A stretch of DNA of 64,000 nt, from contig NC_086109.1 in assembly GCF_963921235.1 (NCBI RefSeq), forward strand, positions 13,270,001-13,334,000, given 5' to 3'. The notes below the pieces were generated by a model. That model made no database searches. It had not been told where the DNA came from and saw nothing but the letters and a program-made list of their open reading frames with translations. The stretch is from Mobula hypostoma. Taxonomy: Eukaryota. Made by a program: the position numbers and the translations under genes. The stretch's first letter is position 1. Each line of letters begins with the position of its first letter. Below are positions 1 to 10,984 of this stretch, in pieces.

Positions 1-125
1 ATCACCTGTGAAAAAACCCACATACAGTCATGGGGAGAACGTACAAACTCCTTACAGATGAGAATTGAACACGGGACACTGGCATTGTGATGGCATTACA
101 CCCAATGCAACACGACCCTGCCACC
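1..125 (-). mobile_element. tRNA-derived V-SINE/HE1-like SINE fragment
   Basis: Reverse complement of core 'gtaaggagtttgtacgttctcccc..tgggttt' shared with the + copy at 9613-9885. Confidence 0.6.
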
Positions 126-589
126 CTTCTCTGAGCAAACAGCAAACAGAAGACTTTTATTCAGAGAGCAGACATGATCTGAGATTCATTGTCTGGAGAG
201 ATGGTGGACACACAATCAAAGTCTTTCATAATTTATGTTAATATATGTAAATTATATTGCTGCATCAACGTTAATATTAATAACATTTATACCATGCATG
301 TGATGTACTGAATTTACTTACCAAAGGGAATTGAATAGGATGGCAGAAATCTCGAATGGGCTGTCTGCGAGGCTGGTCAAAGCAGGTCCTCACAGTTTAG
401 TTATAGTCGAGGATGGGGGAGCTGAGTGGTGTGCTTCACAACCCAGGTTCAGTCTGCTGCTTTGTTTTTCAGAATTTGTACATTTTCCTTGCAAACAACA
501 TGAGTTTTCTTTCAGCACACTAGTTTCCCGCCACATCACAAAGACACATACGCATCGGTAAAGACTGGAATATGGATGGAGTTGAGCAA

Positions 590-750
590 TAGCCCGCCAA
601 CCCTAACTCATAGGTCTTTGGAACGTGGGAGTAAACCCACGTAGGGAGAACGTACAAACTCGCTACAGGTTGCGGTGGGATTGAACTCCCGTCTCTGGTG
701 CTGTAGTAGCGTTTGGCAAACCGCTACACTACCGGGCTGGCTACCGTGCA
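590..750 (-). mobile_element. V-SINE/HE1-like SINE fragment
   Basis: Same 'ggagaacgtacaaactc' core and reverse-complement B-box-like 'attgaactc'. Confidence 0.55.
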
Positions 751-1580
751 GTGTGGAAACAGCTCTACAAGCTGTGACAAAGTCGATGGGTCATTTGGAG
801 TTTGTAAATATGGCATATTCCATGTGGAATAATTGGTTTCTGGTATCACAACCGGAAAGAAGTGGGGCTACTGGTAAGTGCCCATCTATCGTGCTGAGGA
901 CTCGATCTTTCAGATCAGAGGGAGCAGAGGAATGAGACCAGAGGCAAACTTCCCACCTGCCGTGTAGTCACTCACAGATTCAGCAATGCCATAACCTGTG
1001 CATCATCTGATTCCTCCTTCGACTACACAGCATTGCATTAGTCATCCCTGAATGTACGTAGCTCCCACTGATGAGGGCAGATTTATGATGAATTTACAAC
1101 CGGATAAATCCTATGAAATATGAGCCCTTCATGTGGAGATCTGATTCACCAGGAGTAAATGTCAGGCAAACACTGTGGTGCTGAGCAAGGAATCAATTAA
1201 AACGTTCTTACACTGCATCAACATTTTCTTCATTCATAACACGTTTCTCAGAAAAATGAACTGAAAATTTACATTTATATCTTGATTTATTGGCAGTTAT
1301 TCAGACACACAGAACAGCACCAGGTCTCCAAAAAGCAGAGTACACATTTACATTTACAGGGAAAGTGCAGAGCACATCGAAAATAAGGTGCAAGGACCGT
1401 GACAGGGTAGATTGTGAGACAAAGGGTGGAGCTCTACCTGTAAACGTCGATATACATGTCACCTCAAACTGGCAACCACATGAAGAGATTTCTATAAAGC
1501 TTCCAGTTCAATTGTTTGCATAATCTCTGCCTTTTGTGTCTTGCAGACCCTCGTGGGTTTACTTATTCCAACACATTTTC

Positions 1581-3231
1581 TACTCTCCCCTCCTACCCCT
1601 CCTCACAGTCCCCCACCATGCTCTCATGACTATACCCTCTCCCCACACAAAACCACCACGGTGGGCTTCACAGCTGAACAGGTGAGAAGACAGCTGAAAC
1701 GTCTCAACCCAAGCAAGGCTTCAGGACCGGATGGTGTCAGCACCAGGGTGCTCAAAGCCTGTGCCCCTCAGCTATGTGGAGTACTTCGCCATGTATTCAA
1801 CCTGAGCCTGAGGCTCCGGAGGGTTCCTGTACTGTGGAAGATGTCCTGCCTCGTCCCTGTGCCAAAGACGCCGTGCCCTAGCGGCCTCAATGAATACAGA
1901 CTGGTGGCATTGATCTCCCACATCATGAAGACCCTGGAGAGACTTGTTCTGGAGTTGCTCCGGCCTATGGCCAGGCCACACTTAGATCCCCTCCAGTTCG
2001 CCGACCAGCCCCGACTAGGAGTTGAGAATGCCATCGTCTACCTGCTGAACCGTGTCTACGCCCACCTGGACAAGCCAGCAAGCACTGTGAGGGTCATGGT
2101 TTTTGACTTCTCCAGTGCATTTAACACCATCTGGCCTGCTCTGCTGGGGAAGAAGCTGACAGTGATGCAGATGGATGCTTTTCTGGTGTCATGGGTTCTT
2201 GATTACCTGACTGGCAGACCACAGTACGTGTGCTTGCAACACTGTGTGTCCGACAGAGTGATCAGCAGCACTGGGGCTCCACAGGGGACTGTCTTGTCTC
2301 CCTTTCTCTTCACCCCATTTACACCTTGGACTTCAATTACTGCACAGAGTCTTGTCATCTTCAGAAGTTTTCGGATGACTCTGCCATAGTTGGATGCATC
2401 AGCAAGGGAGATGAGACTGAGTACAGGGCCACGGTAGGAAACTTTGTCACATGGTGTGAGCAAAATTATCTGCAGCTTAATGTGAAAAAGACTAAGGAGC
2501 TGGTGGTAGACCTGAGGAGAGCTAAGGTACCGGTGATCCCTGTTCCCATCCAGGGGGTCAGTGTGGACATGGTGGAGGATTACAAATACTTGGGAATACG
2601 AATTGACAATAAACTGGACTGGTCAAAGAACACTGAGGCTGTCTACAAGAAGGTCAGAGCCATCTTTATTTCCTGAGAAGACTGAGAACCTTTAACATCT
2701 GCCGGATGATGCTGAGGATGTTCTACGAGTCTGTGGTGGCCAGTGCTGTCATGTTTGCTGTTGTGTGCTGGGGCAGCAGGCTGAGGGTAGCAGACACCAA
2801 CAGAATCAACAAACTCATTCGTAAGGCCAGTGATGTTGTGGGGATGGAACTGGACTCTCTGACGGTTGTGTCTGAAAAGAGGATGCTGTCCAAGTTGCAT
2901 GCCATTTTGGACAATGTCTCCCATCCACTACATAATGGACTGGTTGGGCACAGGAGTACATTCAGCCAGAGACTCATTCCTCCGAGATGCAACACAGAGC
3001 ATCATAGGAAATCATTCCTGCCTATGACCATTAAACTTTACAACTCCTCCCTTGGATGGTCAGACACCCTGAGCCAATAGGCTGGTCCTGGACTTATTTC
3101 CTGGCATAATTTACATATTACTATTTAACTATTTATGGTTTTATTACTATTTAATTATTTATGGTGCAACTGTAACGAAAACCAATTTCCCCCGGGATCA
3201 ATAAAGTATGACTATGACTATGACTATGACT
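1581..3231 (+). mobile_element. 5'-truncated Rex1/Babar-type LINE; RT pseudogene in three frames (1541-2389, 2230-2676, 2706-3080)
   Basis: RT motifs KASGPDG, VFDFSSAFNTI, GAPQGTVLSP, KFSDD, LNVKKTKE; two frameshifts; AATAAA followed by (ATGACT)4 tail at 3208-3231. Confidence 0.85.
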
Positions 3232-3591
3232 TCAATATAAAAGGCTAAATACACAGAGATGAAATGAACCACAAGAGCTTCCTGAGAAGGGCGAAGCACT
3301 TGCTTCAAGAGCTAAACTGCTGCGGTTAAGCAAGCAATCTTCCTGCTTATTATCAATGCGTGAAACCTATCGGAAACCACACTGCTCTGAATGAGTCACT
3401 TCAATTACACCAACAAGCACACATCAAACACTCCGAACCAACAATTTCACTTTTCGTTGGCAGTAACGTTCAAGCTTCCTCAACATGGAGCCACATCGCC
3501 ACCTAGCTGTGAGGCTGAGGTAAAACTATGATTGGAAAGGAAAACCTCAATTTTGTCGATTTCAGTCAGACGTCTGATGATCTCAAAAGGA

Positions 3592-3850
3592 AACACATAC
3601 AAAATGCTGGGGGAGCTCAGCAGGGTAGGTAGCATCTATGGAAAAGAGTAAATAGTTGACGTTTCAAGCCAAGACCCTTCTTCTAGACCGAGAAGGAAAG
3701 ATGACAAAAAGGTGGTTGGGTTGGGGGAGGAGAAGGAGGCCAGCTAAAAGATGATGGGTGAAACCAGGTGGGTGGGAGATGTCAAGGGTTGGAGAACAAA
3801 GAATCTGATAGGAGAGGAAAGTGGATCATAGAAGAAAGGGAAGGAGGAGG
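3592..3850 (-). mobile_element. Old Penelope-derived terminal (pLTR) fragment with degenerate hammerhead motif
   Basis: Similar to the reverse complement of the Penelope 3' end at 57560-57760; degenerate motif at ~3654-3690. Confidence 0.55.
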
Positions 3851-4329
3851 GTTTTCTTCTTCCCTTAGGCTCGCACGTATTTTATGGCAGTCAATTACAA
3901 AAGCAGTCTTTGTTGAAACTGGTGTGGTGCACATTGGAATTTAGTCCTAACCAGAGATGACAAGGTAGAACAGATTTGGAAATCTAATGCCATTAAGGAG
4001 AAGTAAAAACATTTCAATCGTGTGACATGGTTTTACTTACTTGTTTAGAATATCTAGTTGAAGATCAAATAACTGAGTAGAAGAGGAAAAATAGCACACA
4101 ACCCTGTTGTATCAAGTTGCTCCCATGTATCTCATCAATAGATGACGTCATTATAGAGAAGGGCATATGCCTCGAGTGGAGGAATACTACCTATTGAGTG
4201 ATTCCAGCCTGTTGTTTTACTCGCAAACACGAGGAAATCTGCAGATGCTGGAAATTCAAGCAACACACACAACACACACAAAATGCCGGTGGAATGCAGC
4301 AGGCCAGGCAGCAACTATAGGAAGAAGTA

Positions 4330-4367
4330 CAGTCGACGTTTCGGGCTGAGACCCTTCATCAGGACTA
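4330..4367 (-). ncRNA. Minimal type I hammerhead ribozyme motif
   Basis: Minus strand: UAGUC-CUGAUGA-A-GGGU-CUCA-GCCC-GAAA-C-GUC-GACUG; core intact; stems I and II pair. Confidence 0.7.
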
Positions 4368-4458
4368 ACTGAAAGAAGGGATAGTATCTCTTCTATAGAT
4401 GCTGCCTGGCTTGCTGCATTCCACCAGCATTTTGTGTGTGAGGAAGGTGTGACGAAGT

Positions 4459-4494
4459 GTCCTGACGAAGGGTCTCGGCCCGAAATGTCGACTG
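4459..4494 (+). ncRNA. Minimal hammerhead motif (stem III variant GAAAUGUC)
   Basis: GUC-CUGACGA-A-GGGU-CUCG-GCCC-GAAA-U-GUC-GAC. Confidence 0.55.
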
Positions 4495-4814
4495 TACCTC
4501 TTCCTAGAGATGCTGCCTGGTCTGCTGCGTTCACCAGCAACTTTGATGTGTGTTGCTTGAATTTCCAGCATCTGGAGAATTCCTCGTGTTTTGTGTGTGC
4601 TGTTGTTTTACTTTTGGGTTTCTAGCACCTTCTTTGAAAACCAAGGAGACTAAGGGAGTTTATCGCCTACTCTTGCTTCTTGTTCAAAGTTTAAAGTAAA
4701 TTTTTTATCAAAGTACATATATGGCACCACATACAACCCTGAGGTTAATTTTCTTGCAGGCATACTCAATGAATCCATAATAAAATAATAATAACCTTAA
4801 TAGAATCAATGAAG

Positions 4815-5116
4815 TGTTGGTGCGTGGCCAAGTGGTTAAGGTGTCAGTCTAGTGATCTGAAGGTCGCTAGTTTGAGCCTTGGCTGAGGCAGCGTGTGTCC
4901 TTGAGCAAGGCACTTAACCACACATTGCGCTGCGACGACACTGGTGCCAAGCTGTATCGGCCCTAGTGCCCTTCCCTTGGACAACATCGGTGGTGTGGAG
5001 AGGGAAGACTTGTAGCATGGGCAACTGCTGGTCTTCCATACAACCTTGCCCAGGCCTGCACCCTGGAAACCTTCCAAGGTGCAAATTCATGGCCCCACGA
5101 GACTAACGGATGCCTA
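4815..5116 (+). mobile_element. tRNA-derived SINE
   Basis: A-box TGGCCAAGTGG, B-box-like GTTTGAGCC, body 'gtgtccttgagcaaggcacttaac'; closely related second copy at 17893-18185. Confidence 0.75.
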
Positions 5117-5185
5117 TCTATAAGAATCAATGAAAAAGTGCACCAACTTGGCATTTAACCAGTGTGCAAAAGAGCGATATTACAG

Positions 5186-5602
5186 AGTAACGCACAAAAA
5201 TCACTGGAGGAACTCAGCAGGTCAGGCAGCACCTGTGGAAATGAGTAAACAGCTGGCATTTCGGCCCGTGACCCTTCTTCGGGAATGAGAAGGAAAGCGG
5301 AAGATGACAGAATAAAAAGGTGGTGGGAGGGGAGAGAAGCTCGCTGGAAGGTGATAGATGAAGCCAGGTGAGTGGGAAAGATCAAGGGCTGGAGAAGAAA
5401 GAATCTGATAGGAGAGGTGAGTGGCCCATAGGACTTTTTTATTCTGCCATCCTCCCCCTTCCTTCACAGTCCCGAAGAAGGGTCTCGGCCCGAAACATCG
5501 ATTGCTTACTCTGTTCCATAGATGCTGCCTGGCATTCTGAGTTCCTCCAGCATTTTGTGTGTGTTGCATTGGCTTTCCAGCATCTGCATACATCCCGTGT
5601 TT
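5186..5602. mobile_element. Older Penelope-derived fold-back element
   Basis: Inverted arms 'ctggaggaactcagcaggtcaggcagc' / 'gctgcctgg..ctgagttcctccag'; degenerate hammerhead motifs at ~5251-5287 (-) and 5467-5504 (+, core CCGAAGA). Confidence 0.65.
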
Positions 5603-6119
5603 GAGATATAGCAGAGGATGGTTTCCACCCATCAACCTGTGGGTTATAGGCCCAGCACACTTCTGCTACATCACTTTTTAGTTTTAGATCATAAACTCTA
5701 CCAAGATTTGCACTACAATACATATTCCTTTTACTTATTGCATAATCGCATCATTCTGGAGTTCTGCCGCATGGAGTTACACTGCAGTATAGATAGGTCA
5801 TGAGCAATGTGTAACCAGGTGGTACCACAGCACCACCACCAGTGCCAAAATGGAATTACAGCCTGGCCTCAGTAATTTTCTTTTTAAAATGTAGACGGAC
5901 AAAGAAGTTGGTTCAAAGTTGTTGATGGACCAAGAGTCAGATAAAAATAAAGTTTTGATGAAGTGATCTCCCTTTTCTTATCAACCTTTTTCAACCCCCA
6001 CATCTGTCTAAGCATTCCTTTGTTCTGGATTCATGTGTATCCCCTTCCCTCTTCAACATCCACACCAACTTCCCCACCTCTCCCATCACCAATCCAAAGC
6101 TGACACTCCTTCTGGAAAA

Positions 6120-6290
6120 GCACACACACAAAATGCTGGACAAACTCAGCGGGTCCAGGTAGATCCTGTGGCGAGGAATAAACAGTCGACATTTTGGGCT
6201 GCAACCATTCATCAAGAACCCCAGGAGTTTCTCCAGCATTTTCTGTGTGCTCCTCTGGATTTCCAGCACCTGAAGAATCCCTTATGTTTA
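6120..6290. mobile_element. Short Penelope-derived fold-back remnant
   Basis: 'cacacaaaatgctgga..' inverted against '..tccagcattttctgtgtg'. Confidence 0.55.
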
Positions 6291-6869
6291 TTCTGTCCTT
6301 GAATCTGTCCCACGTTCTCTCAGACATTGGTTTACAAAGGACTCACATGAACCTTCCTGTTTAGAGTTCTTTGACAAAGCAAATAAAAAAAAAACCAAGT
6401 TAACCACATTGATCTCCTTTCCTCTCTGTGGCTTTGGGTCACAACCACTCTGACCAACATTTTTACCACATGACATACTATACCTTATGTGGCTTTGAGT
6501 TGAACTTCAATTGATATCCTGTCAGAAGACTTCAGACATTTTCATTCTGTTTAAAACATCCCATTAACGTTGTTGCTGAACATTTGTGGTTTAAAGTACC
6601 ACAGACAGGGGAAAGCACAGAAATAGGCACATGGGTGAAAGTCAACACAAGCTGAGAAAGGAAGAGTGAAGCTATTTTGCGGCTAAGGCTCTGGTGCAAG
6701 TTGTTTTACTGAAACCACTACACACTCCACTGCCCTTTGATATTGTTAGACCAGAAACCTCCTTTACATTTTATAACCAAGTCACTGCTAAATGAGCATA
6801 TGCCATTTATTCTACTCCACTAGATAATTAAAAACTTGTGTAAAGTACATCAAAACATGGGAATGCAAG

Positions 6870-7560
6870 AGATTACGTAGGTGCTGGAAATTCAGAGCAA
6901 CACACAAAAAATGCTGGAGGAACTCAGCAGGTCAGGCAGCATCTGTGGAGGGGAATAAACAGTCGATGTTTCAAAATTGAATTTATTTAAATCTTAATTC
7001 CATCCCACAACATGAGGGAATAAAAGTCCTTGCAGTATGACATGTGAATTTATAAGTCTAATGGCTTGTAGAAAGAAGCTGTCCCATAGCCTGGTAGTCC
7101 TGGCTTTAATGCTGCGGTACCGTTTGCCAGATGGAAGCAGCTGAAACAGTTTATGGTCGGGGTGTCTGGTGTCCCCGAAAATCTTCCAGGCTTTCTTTAC
7201 GCACCTGCTGCCGTAAATGTCCTCACTGAAGGGCAAGAGGGACAGGTGGAGGGCCTTCATCGGGACTGGCAAGGAAGTGGAAAGAAGACAGAATAAGAAG
7301 GTAGCAGGAGGGGGAAGGAGTACAAGCTTACAAGTGATAGGTGAGACCAGGTGAGAGGGGCAGCAGGTGGGTGGGTGGGAGAACGGGGATGAAGTGAGAA
7401 GCTGGGAGGTGATAGATGGAGAAGGTGACGGCTGAAGATGAAGGAATATGAGAGGAGAGGAGAATGGACCATGGGAGAAAGGGAAGGGGAAGGACACCTC
7501 AGGGAGTTGATGAGCAGGCAGGAAGAGCAGAGGTAAGAGGGGAGCTAGAGTAGGAAATTT
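6870..7560 (-). mobile_element. Penelope-derived end fragment interrupted by a Rex1-like 3' fragment (~6975-7232)
   Basis: Flanks match the Penelope-end repeat; insert encodes HPDHKLFQLLPSGKRYRSIKARTTRLWDSFFLQAIRLIN (Rex1-type ORF C-terminus) on the - strand. Confidence 0.6.
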
Positions 7561-7744
7561 CACAACAAATATCAGCGATAATAAACCTGATTCTTAAGGT
7601 TACATTGGGCTCTGAGCAGGATGTGCCTTCATAACAGGATGTAACCTTCAAAATCGGGTTTAATATCATTGATATATGTCGTGAAATTTGTTGATTTGCA
7701 GCAGCGGTACAGTGCAATACATAAAAAGCTATAAATTACAATAA

Positions 7745-7944
7745 CACGAGGAAATCTGCAGATGCTGGAATTTCAAGCAACACACATAAAAGTTGTTGGT
7801 GAAGGCAGCAGGCCAGGCAGCATCGCTAGGAAGAGGTACAGTCGACGCTTCGGGCCGAGACCTGACGAAGGGTCCCAGACCGAAACGTCAACTGTACCTC
7901 TTCCTAGAGATGCTGCCTGGCCTGCTGTGTTCGCCAGCAACTTT
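7745..7944. mobile_element. Penelope-derived fold-back (hairpin) element
   Basis: 13-bp TSD TAAATTACAATAA (7732-7744/7945-7957); inverted arms joined inside the hammerhead motif at ~7861. Confidence 0.85.
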
Positions 7945-8494
7945 TAAATTACAATAAGAAATGTATTTAAAAAAACAAATTTCTTTAAATAAGTACTGCA
8001 GAGCAATAGTAAAAAATTAGTGAAATCTGTTGGCGGAGAGGAAGAAGCTGTTCCTGAATCATTGTGTGCATGCCTTGAGGCTCCTGTACCTCCTCCCTGA
8101 TGATAGCAGTGAGAAGAGAGCATGTCCTGGGTGATGAGACTTCCTAATGATGCCCTTCTCAAAGGGACTCTGGATGGACAATTAATGCAGTCTGGCTACA
8201 GATGGTGGAAGGACTCAAGGCCACATGAGGAACCGAATGTTGAAATGGTGGGGCCAAGAAAGAAGAGACTTTATCTTGTGGCTGTTCACAGTATTGGTCA
8301 TCTGCCTGTTACTGAATTATTGAACCTTCCAGCATAGAAAGAGGCCATTTAGCCCTGCCTTGTTCTATCTTCAGTACGAAGGCTTCCAGATAACAGCATG
8401 ACATATTTCCTCACAATATGAAAGGAAACTATTTGACCCATCGAGACTATGGCAGCTGTCCTAATCATTTCTATTCTTCATTACGTAGACCTGT

Positions 8495-9003
8495 ACACCC
8501 ACTCATCAATTCAAATATCTAATCAACTAATCAGGTGGTAGCAGCTCAATGCATAAAAGCATGCAGACATGATTAATGGGTTCAGGGGGTTCAGTTGTTA
8601 TTTTGACCAAACATCAGAATGGGGAAGAAATGTGATCAAAGTGACTGTGACCTTGGAATGATTGTTGGTGCCAGATGGGGTGTTTTGAGTATCACAGACA
8701 CTGATGACCTCCTGGGATTTTCATGCACAATAATCTCTAGAGCTTATGGAGAATTGTGCGGAAAACAAAAAATATCCAGTGAATGGCGTTTCTGTGGGTG
8801 AAAACGCCTCATTAGTGAGAGAGGTCGGGGGAGAACGGCCAGACTGGTTCAAGCTGACAGTAACTCAAGTAACCACCCGTTACAACAGTGATGTGCAGAA
8901 GAGCATCTCTGAATGCACAGCCCATCAAAGCTTGAAGTAGATGGGCTACAGCAGCAGATCATCACACCGGTTCCACTCCTGTACCTAATAAAGTAGCCAC
9001 TGC
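8495..9003 (+). mobile_element. Internally deleted Tc1-like DNA transposon
   Basis: MGKKCDQSDCDLGMIVGARWGVLSITDTDDLLGFSCTIISR resembles a fish Tc1 transposase N-terminal HTH; ends in TIR-like 'gtacctaataaagtagccactg'. Confidence 0.7.
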
Positions 9004-9612
9004 ATATATTTCGGTTTGCTGTTCTGCCTGCCATGTTCATCACCTAACTCCTCCCCAGTCTACATCAGGAAACAGTTGACCTACCAACCAGGGCTTTAGG
9101 ATGTTGGGGAGGAGGCAAAGCAGAGCACCCTGGGGTGAGGTGGGGGTGGGGGTGGGGGACACCCAGACAGGCACAGTGAGAACGTGTAGACTCCATACAG
9201 ATTCTGACCGGAGCTCAGAATTGAACCTGTGTCACAGCAATAACCACGGCAACAGATTGATCACTGCATTGCCTCATTAAACCACAAGCCCCACTCTCTT
9301 AGAGTGAAAGAGCCATCAAGCAATGCTGCTCCCTCCAGTCCCTTCAGCCTAACCAGTGCATGGCAACCAAATCCATATAGTTAGGCCTACATCTGTCTAA
9401 GCTCCAACCCTCCATGTACCTCTTTAAGTGCTTCTTAAGTGCTACTATTGTACCTCTTTCAACCACTTCCTCTGACAGCTCAGTCCATAAACTCGCCATC
9501 TTCTTCAAAAAAGCTTCCTGTTAGACTCTAGTTCCTAACAGATTCCTTGTGTGAATCATTCCTACTAAATCTTTAGGAAATAACTAGCAGTAATCCTTAA
9601 GAAATATGCAGC

Positions 9613-9883
9613 AGGGGTGGCAGGGTGGCACAGCGGTTAGCACAACACCTTACAGTATTAGTGACACGGGTTCAATTCCCGCCACTGCCTGTAAGGAGTT
9701 TGTACGTTCTCCCTGTGACATGGATTTCCCCCAGGTGCTCCGGTTTCCTCCCCCAGTCCAAAGATGTAATGCTTGGTAGGTTAATTGGTCACTGTAAATT
9801 ATCCCGCAGTTAGGTTAGGGTTAAATTGGGGTTGCTGGGCAGGGCAGTTCGATGGGCCAGAAGGGCCTAATCTGCACTATATC

Positions 9884-9885
<2 letters not shown>
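9613..9885 (+). mobile_element. V-SINE/HE1-like tRNA-derived SINE
   Basis: A-box TGGCACAGCGG, B-box GGTTCAATTCC, V-domain-like 'gtttgtacgttctccc..gtgctccggtttcctccc'; related copies near 25790-25960, 27180-27300, 34860-35000, 37505-37745, 39066-39330. Confidence 0.75.
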
Positions 9886-9920
<35 letters not shown>

Positions 9921-9923
9921 AAA
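9884..9923 (+). repeat. (TCAA)n/(TAAA)n microsatellite, SINE tail
   Basis: Tandem tcaa repeats directly after the SINE. Confidence 0.9.
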
Positions 9924-10211
9924 GTGTTGGTCATTTAAAGAAAGCCCTTGTTTATCTCAATTAGAAAACAGTACCACACATGCTGATTTGCGTACAATTC
10001 ACATAAACTTTCCTGTTAACTCCCATTCAAAGGAAAGGTAACAAAATAATTTCTCATTTTGAACAAGAACTGGTCCACAGTTGCCGTCTAACCCACTAAG
10101 CTCCTCCAGCATCTTATGCATTGCTGGAAAGTCCAGCTTCTGTTGGCACTCGTGTCTCCAACAAATGGTCTTTGTCTCCCCCTACAGCTGTGGATGAATA
10201 TAGCAGTTCAT

Positions 10212-10966
10212 TTAGAAACATAGAAAACCTACAGCACAATACGGGCCCTTCAGCCCACAAAGCTGTGCCGAACTTGTCCCTACCTCAGAACCACCTGGGC
10301 TTTACCCATAGCCCTCTATTTTTCTAGGCTCCATGTAGCCGTCCAGGAGTCTCTTAAAAGACCCTATCGTTTCCGCCTCCACCATCGCCACCGGCAGCCC
10401 ATTCCACGCACTCACCACTCTCTGCGTAAAAAACTTACCCCTGACATCTCCTCTGTACCTTCTTCCAAGCACCTTAAAACTATGTCCTCTCGTGCTAGCC
10501 ATTTCAGCCCTGGGGAAAAGCCTCTGACTATCCACACGATCAATGCCTCTCATTATCTTGTACACCTCTATCAGTTCACCTGTCATCCTCCGTTGCCCCA
10601 AGGAGAAAAGGCCGAGTTCACTCAATCTATTCTCATAAGGCATGCTCCCCAATCCAGGCAACATCCTTGTAAATCTCCTCTGCACCCTTTCTATGGTTTC
10701 CACACTATCCACAACACCTCCAACCTTTGTGTCATCAGCAAACTTACTAACACATCCCTCCACTTCCTCATCCAGGTCATTTATAAAAATTATGAAGAGT
10801 AGGGGTCCAAGAACAGATCCCTGAGGCACACCACTGGTCACCGACCTCCATGCAAAATATGACCTGTCTACAACCACTCTTTGCCTTCTGTGGCAAGCCA
10901 GTTCTGGATCCACAAAGCAGTGTCCCCTTGGATCCCATGCCTCCTTACTTTCTCAATAAGCCTTGC
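10212..10966 (-). mobile_element. CR1 LINE 3' fragment with internal in-frame deletion
   Basis: SGVPQGSVLGP, KFADD, ERVQRRFTR, TRGH, FFTQRVV motifs (ORF 10302-10913); 'ttctatgtttcta' tail. Confidence 0.85.
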
Positions 10967-10984
10967 ATTTGTTCTAACTCACAT

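Larger units (their letters stand above)
4222..4599. mobile_element. Penelope-derived fold-back element with a second Penelope-end insertion (4441-4588)
   Basis: Outer TSD CTGTTGTTTTACT (4209-4221/4600-4612); inner TSD TTTTGTGTGTG (4430-4440/4589-4599); arms match the Penelope 3' end in opposite orientations. Confidence 0.8.

Noticed and set aside
752..879. Possible + exon ending at a strong donor G|GTAAGT (874)
   Set aside because: No polypyrimidine acceptor; upstream sequence is an antisense SINE; peptide not recognisable
1086..1144. ATGATGA..CTGA, possible C/D snoRNA
   Set aside because: Short, no terminal stem, no recognisable guide sequence
1521..1580. Good acceptor-like tract (ttttgtgtcttgcag) before the Rex1 insertion
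   Set aside because: Joining across the insertion gives stops in all three frames and no donor
4820..4890. tRNA gene
   Set aside because: A/B boxes run into a SINE body; no full cloverleaf or poly-T terminator
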